DNA of 35,980 nt from Rotaria socialis. Its lineage: Eukaryota. A program made the position numbers and the translations under genes. Of this stretch, positions 22,775 to 32,537 are shown piece after piece. The stretch is from contig CAJNYD010000112.1 of assembly GCA_905331295.1 (NCBI GenBank), positions 1 to 35,980 of the forward strand, written 5' to 3'. Position 1 is the stretch's first letter; every line of letters starts with the position of its first letter. The notes under the pieces were generated by a model. It did no database searches and was not told the origin of the DNA. It saw only the letters and a list, made by a program, of their open reading frames with translations.

Positions 22775-23202
22775 TTGTTAATGCTCGCTTTGGTGCTGTT
22801 TGGCAAAAACTTCTGGAAAAAATTGAACATCCAGAAAAATATTTTCAAAGAATTCGTCATGTTGAAATATTAGAAAATGAAAAAAATCATCTTTTAAGAA
22901 TTCTTCAATTTGAAGGTGATAAATGGCAAGAATTAAAAGAGTTAATTGTTCATGATAAATCAAGTGGAATAATTGTGTATTGTTTAGTTGACCATCCTTA
23001 TTTTCAAGGTGAAACAATTAATATTTGTCGAACAACAAATCAAGTTTATCAATCTGAATTAGAATATGAAATGAATTGGAAGTTAAAAGATCAAAATTCG
23101 AAAGAATCAAATGATGATATTTATTATTCTGAATAAGCTTTGCAATTAGCTATTAACGAAATTAAAAAAATTTCAGAAGAAACTGAAGCCGATTGCCAAT
23201 GA
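22775..23202 (+). pseudogene. AtaL/DUF1857-like START/SRPBCC-fold protein, disrupted
   Basis: VNARFGAVWQKLLEKIEHPEKYFQRIRHVEILE...LLRILQF...LKELIVHD...LVDHPYFQG...LEYEMNW resembles DUF1857/AtaL. There is no ATG at the 5' end, where a repeat sits. The in-frame TAA at 23134-23136 is followed by the expected C-terminal helix ALQLAINEIKKISEETEADCQ* ending at 23202. Confidence 0.7.
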
Positions 23203-23972
23203 ATTTTTTAAGTTACTTGTTATTTCCACTTTATTCAAAGTCATAAAACAAACAAATTCTTGGCATGATGATATTTCAATCGATTTTATTTACTATTTCG
23301 AAGGTAAAAAAAAAGTTCTATCAATATATTTCTGTTTAGTCTTTTAAATTTTTTTAAAAAAGGCATTTTTAGTTTATAAGAATTATTTTTTAATAAAATA
23401 CAATAAGAATTCATCTTTGGCATAATTATCATATCAACAAATATGACTCAAGTGTTGTGTTTTGTTTTTTGTATCAGATCTAATAATCTAAAGTTAAAAT
23501 TAAGTTTTTGCACAAATAAATCATATAATAATTGATATCTAATTATAAATAAAAATATAAAACGTTTAAACACTCGTTTTGTTTATTTGAATAGAAAATA
23601 AATGATTTCTGGTTTGTTATCACACTTAGAAATCAAGCTGATTCTAAAATTAATAATCTATTCATCGAAATAGAATTGAATTGATCGAATAAAAGATATT
23701 TAATTTTCATTATGGTAAATGAAATTATCAATATCTTGATTATTTCGATCATTTTTTACTTCTATTCGTTAAACTATTTCCCATTAGAGATTGAAGATTT
23801 TCTTAAACGAATAATTAAAATCATTTATATCTTAGATTACATATTCGATATTTATTGTCATTATATGTTACATAAACTCGACATTACGTTATAACATTTA
23901 AAATATTGAATCTGATTTCATTAAAATTTGAAAAGGAAATCCGAATCTTTTTCTGCATATTCTCATTCGATC

Positions 23973-25036
23973 CAGAGGTGTGTGGGGCAGGGAATTTTCG
24001 TGCGCCTCAGTGCTCGCCCCGCGAATTTCCAACACCTGTCCCCTGACCCCCGCGCAGTTAAATTGCATAACCTCCCCGCCCCGCTCGCCACCATACAAAC
24101 ACACACCCGCCTCGCCCGCCCGTCAATTTGATGACGGGGCCCGCCCCGTCCGTACCACCCGAAGAAATTTTATATTTAACAAATTGCTTATTTTAAATTA
24201 TTTATTGTACATAATTAATTAGATTTTTTAACAAAAAATCTGAGAGAAAAGTATACGGTCAGGGTGGTGTCCATTTCCTCCATGTCTCTAATGGCACTCA
24301 CAACCTGTTTTATGTAGTATTTATATATATTATTTGTGTAATTAAATATTTTATCAGATAAATTGCTCTTTTCTCATTTCCTACAACTTAGATGTAAACA
24401 AATTACTGTTATTATTGCGCGAAGATATTCTAAAGTTACCTGATCTCTTGTGGGATTGGAAAAGGTGGTAGTTTGGCGAATAGATAGCTAAAATAATGTG
24501 ATAAAACAGAAATATGAGAGAATTGATCTAGTAGTATTTGAGAATCAAATTTTGCTGCAGTAAACATATTCATATATCGTCACTGCGTGATGGCGCCCTC
24601 TGGTTTTCACCTGTCAGTTTTTCAGGAAAATCCAAAAACATAGTTCAATACAGTATCTTTTTCTCTATCTACTGATATAAATGTTATATCTAGATCCGTT
24701 CAAAAGCTTGCAGAACAATCACGTAACACTTGCTATTGTTTAACTTTTTCCTCACTGCTTTGTCGACTCCGGGTCTTTACCAAACGAAAAGGGAAAAAAG
24801 AAATACGTAATAGGCAAGCTTGTAGATCATTAGATGAAAATAAAGTGCCAATCAATATGTATTTCGTACTACACACCTAGACTAACGACTTCTCAATAAT
24901 TTTTTACTACCCTTCATCGTGCCCCGTGAAAAATCTTGACCCGCCCGAACCCGTGTAAATTTATACTCGCCCCGCCCGAAACCCGTGGCTTTTNTACTGG
25001 CCCCGCGGGGTCCAACCCGTGGATCGCACACCTCTG
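23973..25036. mobile_element. Non-autonomous hAT element (1064 bp)
   Basis: TIR CAGAGGTGTG / CACACCTCTG. Perfect 8-bp TSD ATTCGATC at 23965-23972 and 25037-25044. GC-rich CGCCCCGC/ACCCG subterminal repeats. Confidence 0.9.
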
Positions 25037-25062
25037 ATTCGATCATAATACTATTGAATTCT

Positions 25063-25133
25063 TCTTTTCCCTAGACTGAAAGGATAGGGTCTAGAAACCG
25101 TAATTCACCTGTGTCTGTCTGTCTGTCTGTAAC
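25063..25133 (+). repeat. Short palindrome plus (TGTC)n microsatellite; possible Helentron/HINE-like 5' end
   Basis: TTTTCCCTAGAC...GGGTCTAG, then TGTGTCTGTCTGTCTGTCTGT at about 25110-25130. Confidence 0.4.
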
Positions 25134-25157
25134 AATGGCACAAATAACCATTTGTAG

Positions 25158-26608
25158 TAGTGGCGTAACCAGCAAATTTTCGTAGAGGGGGGCTCAGCCC
25201 CTAGCCCTTGGAAAGTAGAAGAAGGCAATTTTAATTCAACTGTAACAATGCACGAAGCCAATATCCATATTCAAGTTCACATGTGTAATCATTTATTATG
25301 AAAAAGAACAAATAGAAATTTAAAAAGAATACAACTAGCACAGCATAATTCTACTATTTTTATGCACAACTGAAAACTGATCATTAACTTGTTCAAAGTT
25401 GATTTCGTAATCACGTTCAATTGACAAAATACAAAGATCACCTAATCGTTCATCAGCCATACTATTTCGTATACGTGTTTTGATTAAATTCATTTTCGAA
25501 AAGACACGTTCACAAGTCGAAGATGACACCGGGATCGTAAGTGCAGCTTGAACCATTGACATGATGCGCGGAAACGCTTGTTCCAATGGCTTCATGTGTT
25601 GATATAATTCTGCGATACTTGATAGCTTTTTATTTTCTAACATTTGTTTAAGAACTTGTATTTCATTAAATAGATGACTTTGATCACAGTCGATATGCTT
25701 AGCTAGAGGTAATAAAAGGTCATAGTTTAAGAAGGACTTACCTTGAGGAGATAATGAGGATACACTTGACAATAGAGCAATATTTGAAGCGGAGAAATGG
25801 AACTACATCGTGAGTCCCACCGAATATCTGACCGTGGCTTGAGTTTCGAAGAAGTATCTATGAAATAAACATAAGCAAAATAGAAGTCTATTTCGATAAA
25901 CTAGCATACTTATTGCTAATTTTTGTTGAGCTGTTTGATAGTACTCATTGGTTACTGAGGAAGAAACAAAATATGAATGAATTTTTGAGACAATTTGATA
26001 AAACTCGCTAATATATTGTATAACTTTATTAACATCAACAATTACAAGATTAAGCCTATGCGCATGACAATGTATGTGAATGCCATTCGGCATGTGATTT
26101 TGACGGAGAATCGTCTGGACACCAGAGCATTTGCCTGACATTACAGATGCTCTGAAATAAAAAAAATAAATTCACAATACTGATTCTAGCAGTTTTAAGT
26201 CATAAAAGATTCCTATATCCATCATAACATTGTGCAATGCATGAATCTAATTTAACACCATAATTTGTTAAGTAATTAACAATTTCATTTGATAATGTTT
26301 GAGCATCAAACTCGTGTAATCTTATTAAACTAATGAAATATTCTTGAATAATATGTTTATGATTATTTGCATTCACAACTATTCTTATCACTATTGAAAG
26401 TTGTTCATGACCACCATTATCGCGGCTTTCATCTGCCATCAAAGCAAATGCCTTTCCTTTTATCTACAAAACAATTTATTTCTAACTAAAAGCTTGATCT
26501 AACAAATAGAATATTATTACTTTTTCTGCTATTTGCCATTTAATTTGTTCAGCCATTATTTTGATCAATTCATTTTGAATAGCTAGTGAAAGGTATGTTG
26601 AATACCCT
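25158..26608 (-). mobile_element. Truncated hAT DNA transposon (ZMYM1/DUF4371-type)
   Basis: Terminus TAGTGGCGTAACCAG at 25158 with GGGGGGCTCAGCCCC subterminal sequence. Contains the transposase remnant. The 5' part is missing beyond 26608. Confidence 0.8.
25335..26605 (-). pseudogene. hAT transposase pseudogene with introns
   Basis: Segments TYLSLAIQNELI, FALMADESRD..HEQLSIVIR, QCYDG/ASVMSG, HCHAHRLNL, IRWDSR, and the hATC dimerisation domain TIPVSSSTCERVFSKMNLIKTRIRNSMADERL. There is an internal deletion with frameshift near 25800, and the donor after YDG appears mutated. Confidence 0.9.
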
Positions 26609-27818
26609 GGTGACCGTTCAATTCGTCGCACGACAATTCATCACGACCAATTCGTCGCAGAACAATTCGTCGCATATAAAGGAAAGAGGGTGAATTAATT
26701 CATTTTATTTAGTTTGCTTTTCAATTAGTCATATAAATGTATGTGACAGTAGAAATTAAAATTGTGTTAAGAAAAATAAAACTTTAATTTTCTTATCTAA
26801 AAGTATTTGAAAAATTCTAGAAAAAAATTACGGGGCGTCTCAAATAAAACTTACTAATCTACAAAATGTTTACAATACAGATACTATATTCAGAAAGTTC
26901 ATGGGGGCTATATTTTATTTTGGACTCTCTGCAAAATTTGAAATTTCAATTTTCCCTAAAACACTTAAATTCTTAAATTTTAATTTCTACTACAATGTGA
27001 ACTTTTTTAAAATCTGAAAAGATCTGCTTTATAGATAGCATATGTTCTTTCAACAAACAAATGATTTGGTTCGTAAAAATTACTTAGAAAATTCTTCTAT
27101 CACAGTGCAAATAGTCTGTTATTAAATAAAACTTAAATCGTTTCTTTTACGGTCTTATCAAAAAAATTTTGAAGCAAAATATTCCAGAAGATATAATGGA
27201 AAAATGTACTCTTTCTTGATCTGTTTCGTTCATTCCGTACTTTGTGGGACAATTTTTAGTCATTGAAAAAGTTGTTCTATCATTCAATACGGTAGTTTTG
27301 AAAATTCTCAAAATGGTTTTTTGAGTTTCCAATTTTGCGAACATTAGACGAATATTTGGATTAAATATTACAGCTTTAGTTTTCTTTATACATCATTTTT
27401 TTACAGATTGAAGCATCAAAAATTTTAAAAAGTCTATTATATCAAGAAATACATTTTTAAAAATTTTAAACTGAAAAAATAATTTTTCAAATCCAAAATC
27501 ATTTTTAAATCACATTTTAATTCAAAAAAATTATTTTATTTTTAAATGAACTTTATAGAACTTTATTTTGAGTTAAGCTTTATTTCAGCTACTATGAATT
27601 TAAAATAAATAAATGTAAATCGACAGCTCTATCCCTTTTTCAAAAAAAAAAAACAGTCGGCAATGAGTCTCATTTTTGTAAATGAAAACATTTATTGTCG
27701 TTATTAATTGAAAAACAAACTAAACAAAATCACTTAATTCAATTAATTCACTCTCTCTCCTTTACATGCGACGAATTGATCGTGCGACGAACTGATCGCG
27801 ACGAATTGTACTAGTACC
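26609..27818. mobile_element. Element with long imperfect TIRs and CAATTCGTCGC subterminal repeats (MULE-like)
   Basis: 26609-26740 (GGTGACCGTTCAATTCGTCGCA...AAAGGAAAGAGGGTGAATTAATT...TTTAGTTTGCTTTTCAATTA) pairs with about 27690-27818. No TSD. Confidence 0.75.
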
Positions 27819-28304
27819 AAGTGAAATGGATTGTTTTGTAGAGAATTTCATGGAGATTCTTTTAGGAAAAAGTTAACGTTATACGATGTAAGGAATGAAA
27901 GAAAAACAGAAAATACAAAGTGTGCCATTATTTCTGGCGCACGCGATATTTGCACTTATTCTTTTCTTCGTCAATGAAAAGGAGAAAAATATTTGATTAT
28001 TTTGAAAAGAATCAATAAACGGTAAAGACAAGTTTGAAAGGATAGCAATAAGAAGAAAAACATCAGTACTGATGGTGAACTTTTTCTTGCCTTTCATTCC
28101 TGTTTATATTGCTATTTTCACTTTAAAATTACGATTTGTATAGTTGCAGCTTGTCCCATCGAGTAACATCAACAGAAAAAAAGCACCGAAATAGTAAAAG
28201 ATACAAAGCAACTAGCCATAATTTCCAGATTACAATCGTGTATACGCTACATAACGCGTGACTGACAGCAATTTATAAAAGAAACTTATCAATCAGCAAT
28301 AGCT

Positions 28305-30215
28305 GTGGCTTCCGTTGAGCGAAGTGCACGCACAAGTAGTCGACCAAAAAGAGGTCGATTGCAAAATTATTTAGTCATCTGGGCCGATGGTAACATTGAT
28401 GAAGCACAAGATGATTGTAAAAAAACACTAGCAAATCTACGTAATGTTATTCATGAAGTCAATATTTGTACGACACCATCGCAATGCATTGACTTACTTA
28501 ATAAGATGGATAACGAAAAGGCTTTCGTAATTTCCTCTGGGGCGATCGGGCAACATTTGGTGTCCGATATCCATGATATGCCGCAATTGGATGTAATATA
28601 TATATTTTGTGGAAATAAGGCTCGACATGAGCAATGGGCAAAAGATTGGCCAAAGATTGAAGGCGTGTACACGTCAATAACGCCGATATGTGAATCATTG
28701 AAAAAAGTGGCTCATCGATGCGACCATGATTTCGTATCAATGAGCTTCATTCCAAAAACAACTATCGAAGAATCGACATCCAGTCAACAAAGTCAAGATG
28801 AAATGTCTCCGTCGTATATGTATTCAATGCTGTTCAAAGAAATTATACTAGAAATCGATGAAGATGATACAAAGTCCATTAAAAATTTACTTTTCTACTG
28901 CCGCCATCATGATGTACCGGAATCAGAATTGATTAATTTTCAGAAGGAATACAGTCGCAAAACACCAGTTGAATGGTATAGTTGCAACATGTTTCTTTTT
29001 GGCATGATTAACCGTGCGTTGTGGTCATTGGATATGGAAACTATGACCAAAACTGGCTTCTTCATTCGTAATCTTCATCGGCAGCTTGAACAATTGAATA
29101 GACAACAAGCTTGTACTTTTGAACAGAAATTTATGGTCTACCGAGGTCAAGGATTTACTAAACAGGAATTTGGATGTTTGACAAAAGTCAAGGGTGGTCT
29201 GTTAGCATTCAATAATTTCTTATCGACTAGTAAAGAAAAAAATGTTGCAACAGGATTTGTCGAAGATAAACTTGGGAAAGATAAACAACTAATAGGCGTT
29301 TTATTCAACATGGCTATCGATCTAAAGAAAATTTCAATTAAAGATACGCCATTTGCTCTTATTACCGAATACAGCGCTTTTCCAGAAGAACAAGAAATAC
29401 TGTTCTCAATGCACACAGTATTTCGAGTAGGTGAAATTAAACAATCAAAGCAAAATAATCGTCTATGGGAAGTGGAGTTGACTCTTTCAGACGATAAAGA
29501 TCCACAGCTTGCTGGTCTTACGAAAACCCTAAAAGAAGAGATTCAAGGGGCAACAGGATGGCAACGAATGGGTAAACTTATGCTCAAAATGAGTGACCTA
29601 GATCAAGCTGAAGAACTCTACAATGAATTGCTCAAGAATGCTAGTACGAATGAAGATATTGAACATATATATCATCAGATCGGCGAGTTGAAAGTTCACC
29701 AAGGAAGATATCGAGATGCCGTAAAATCTTTTGAGAAGTGTCTAGAAATTAGACAAAAAACTCATCCATACGACAATTCGTCATTAGCATTATCTTGTAT
29801 TTACAACAACATCGGTCTCGCCTATAATAGCCTGGCAGATCACTCACAAGCACTTGAATATTACAATAAATCACATAAAATAAAAGAGGAATCTCTTCCT
29901 GATAATGATCCGCAGATAGCTATTTCTTGTGGAAACATCGGTGCAGTGTATATTGAGCTGGGTGATTACTCGAAAGCACTTGAATGTTTTGAAAAAACGC
30001 TTCAAATACAAGTACAAACTTGCCCGAAGAATCATCCTGATATCGCGTGTACCTACGGATGGCTAGCTACTGTGTATGAGCATACACACTGCTACTCTCA
30101 AGCACTTTCGTGTCATGAGAAGGCACTCGCTATTTTTCAGAAATCGCTTCCTTCTACGCATCCAAATATCGACTCATGTAAAAGTAAAATTAGTTATTTA
30201 AAACAGAAGATGTGA
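28305..30215 (+). CDS. Mono-ADP-ribosyltransferase (R-S-E clade) with C-terminal TPR repeats
   Basis: 636-codon ORF with an N-terminal VIWAD...FVISSGAIG...IYIFC domain, ART motifs VYRGQ, FLSTS and EQEILF (E-x-E), and then about five TPRs (YNNIGLAYNSLADHSQALEYY, GNIGAVYIELGDYSKALECF). The start is uncertain (GTG; first ATG 28506). AATAAA at 30226. Confidence 0.9.
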   Translation: MASVERSARTSSRPKRGRLQNYLVIWADGNIDEAQDDCKKTLANLRNVIHEVNICTTPSQCIDLLNKMDNEKAFVISSGAIGQHLVSDIHDMPQLDVIYIFCGNKARHEQWAKDWPKIEGVYTSITPICESLKKVAHRCDHDFVSMSFIPKTTIEESTSSQQSQDEMSPSYMYSMLFKEIILEIDEDDTKSIKNLLFYCRHHDVPESELINFQKEYSRKTPVEWYSCNMFLFGMINRALWSLDMETMTKTGFFIRNLHRQLEQLNRQQACTFEQKFMVYRGQGFTKQEFGCLTKVKGGLLAFNNFLSTSKEKNVATGFVEDKLGKDKQLIGVLFNMAIDLKKISIKDTPFALITEYSAFPEEQEILFSMHTVFRVGEIKQSKQNNRLWEVELTLSDDKDPQLAGLTKTLKEEIQGATGWQRMGKLMLKMSDLDQAEELYNELLKNASTNEDIEHIYHQIGELKVHQGRYRDAVKSFEKCLEIRQKTHPYDNSSLALSCIYNNIGLAYNSLADHSQALEYYNKSHKIKEESLPDNDPQIAISCGNIGAVYIELGDYSKALECFEKTLQIQVQTCPKNHPDIACTYGWLATVYEHTHCYSQALSCHEKALAIFQKSLPSTHPNIDSCKSKISYLKQKM

Positions 30216-32378
30216 AATTTTTCCTAATAAAATCATTTGTACTCCTATTCTTAATTTCTTTCTACTAATGCTTAAACGTGTATCCGCGATGAGAATAAGC
30301 CAATTGGTCAAAACAAAACGAGTACCAACAGTACGAACTACGTCAAATTAAATGAAAACAGAGTGAAATATCTCTTAACGAAAGGTAACGCTTGTGAGAG
30401 TGACTCGCTCTACCCTCGGCTGACAGTTTTACTTATTTCGTGTGAGGCACTCTTTTACTGCAAAGAATCACACGGGGTACTTAAATCTTCGACAGTTCGA
30501 TCTGGGAGTTTTGGTGTTCATATTTACATAAGTTTAGTCGTATAGGATTTTGTACATGAGAATGTCTTATTTCCTGCGATACTACCATTATATTTAACTA
30601 TTACTCAGAGATTGCTAGACAATAAAACCCTGAATGAACCTACTGAAGAAATTGTATTGGTGTACTCTGAGAGTACAAACTAAATTGAATCTCTCGGTAG
30701 ATCGTTCTACCAATAGAATATGCAAGCCCTATTGTAGTGTAAGGTGACAGAATGCAGATGATGAATTAAGATCTACGTTTTAATAGCTGTTAGTACGTCA
30801 ACGGATTAGTCCATTAAACATTTTGTGGCTACACATAATCGTAGTTTAACTGTTTAGTTAAGTAGAGATAAACCCATATAATCAGATTACTAGCTTAAAT
30901 TCAATTTTGCACTGATCCTTTTACCCGAAGGGTGATCATATAGTCACATAAATCATTCAAGAAAAATAGAAAAAAAATTGGGCAATTAATTTCTGATACT
31001 GAGAACCTAGTAAGAGAAAATCGACAATGTTCGATTCGAATACAGTCAACTGAACTTCTTTATTGATATTTTTCATCGAGCAAGCTACGACTCAGTTCAA
31101 TAAGTTTAGATTTTTAATAGTGTGTCTTGCGTATTGTAATAAATAATATTTAGACGGTTAATAATTTGTAGTGCATCGAAGGAGATATCAAGCGCACTTT
31201 ATATAAAGTCAGCATAGCAGCAACTAGTCGCTCGTCGGCCCCCTTCCGAGGCGCCACTCGTGGCTAGCTGCTGTCATTCTTTTGCTCTACTTCACTGTGT
31301 AATCGTTATCTTTTAATAAGATTCAGCAAGTCGCCTGTATTGAAAGACATCCCATTTTCAAAAAGAAAAATACTCGGCATGAAACTCTGGGTTGATGGCA
31401 TCTTATGAACTCTAGCTTATGTCTGTGCTTTTGCCATCTAGAAGTCTAAATAGTGTCCCATCGAACCTGCTTCCAAGAGAAATCTCATCGAATTGGTGAA
31501 ATAATGTGTGACTTTAAAAAACAATGATTCCACAGCAAAACTCAATGGATTTAGAAGAAATGCGCCGAGCTGTTTGCTAGAATGATTCATACCCTGCCAC
31601 TTCATTATTTTGAAACATCTATTCAACACGTGGTTTTCTCAATTTATCTCACGAATATACTCTCATTCTCCAATATTCTTTTATTGCCTGTTTGAGAAAA
31701 CCATTAAGGTTACGTATATCTATCTATTCCTCTGAGGTAAATTTGATGGATTTCAACCTTTTGAGAGAATTAAACTTCGAATCGAGCACCACATCGGAAA
31801 TAACGTAATTCTTGTTTGGACTTCGCCAGCACGGCGTAGTGTTATCTAGTACTGTTTAATCTTATTTTCTGAGAAAAGATCGCTGTTTTACTCGAGAGAC
31901 ATGCACTTTTTATAGAGCTGGACTACAGGTTTTCTGACACATAATAAATATTTCAAGAGAAATTCAATCGACTTTCTTCTTCCGATATCTCAGAAACCAT
32001 CATGATTTTCTCAACAACACTTTCGACTTTTCCTAAAACAAAGGGCTATTTTCCCTTGAACTGATTTCTTATCAATAGAAGCTCAGATATGGAAGACTGA
32101 TTCCGAATTCGGAGTCAGAATCTTTCATTGCCTTCCAGAAAACCGTATGAAAATCAGTCAATTTATTCACAAAGTCCTACCTCACCTCAAACACCCAACT
32201 TTTAAATTTTGAAATTCTACTGTGACTCTTTGATTCTTTGATTCTTCGACCTCGATTGTCTTTGATCAGCCTTTCTAGAAAAATGTATTAGTGTCGTTGT
32301 CTTCTGACTGTATGTTTTTCTGACCCTACACAATTGGACACACAAAACAAATTGTGTTTTGTATGCAAGGGGATAAAG

Positions 32379-32465
32379 CAAGGGGGGAACGGGGGATTTT
32401 TGGGATTGCCAATCCCGTGAAATCCATATGAAATACGAAAAATACGTCAAAAAAAACCATGAAAT
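32379..32465. mobile_element. Orphan left end of a hAT-like element (CAAGGGGGGAAC)
   Basis: CAAGGGGGGAACGGGGGATTTTTGGGATT...AATCCC, related to the TIRs at 2419 and 7065; it runs into a telomere-like hairpin. Confidence 0.5.
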
Positions 32466-32467
32466 AC

Positions 32468-32537
32468 GAGGGTGTGGGTGTGGGTGTATATGTTTCCTTC
32501 ACCTACACCCACATCCACACCCAGACCCTCAAGATAG
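32468..32537. repeat. Telomere-like hairpin repeat copy (best preserved)
   Basis: GAGGGTGTGGGTGTGGGTGT-ATATGTTTCCTTC-ACCTACACCCACATCCACACCCAGACCCTC-AAGATAG. Confidence 0.85.

Noticed and set aside
3318..23136. Two genes with an in-frame TAA followed by plausible C-terminal tails, suggesting stop-codon reassignment or readthrough
   Set aside because: The long ORFs (VLIG, ART-TPR, CocE exons) contain no internal TAA/TAG and VLIG ends in TAA. Single nonsense mutations (GAA>TAA, CAA>TAA) are the simpler explanation.
26615..26675. CRISPR-like short repeats (CAATTCGTCGC; also TGGATTCA near 2360)
   Set aside because: Spacers are only a few bases, there are no cas genes, and the context is eukaryotic. 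These are TE subterminal repeats.
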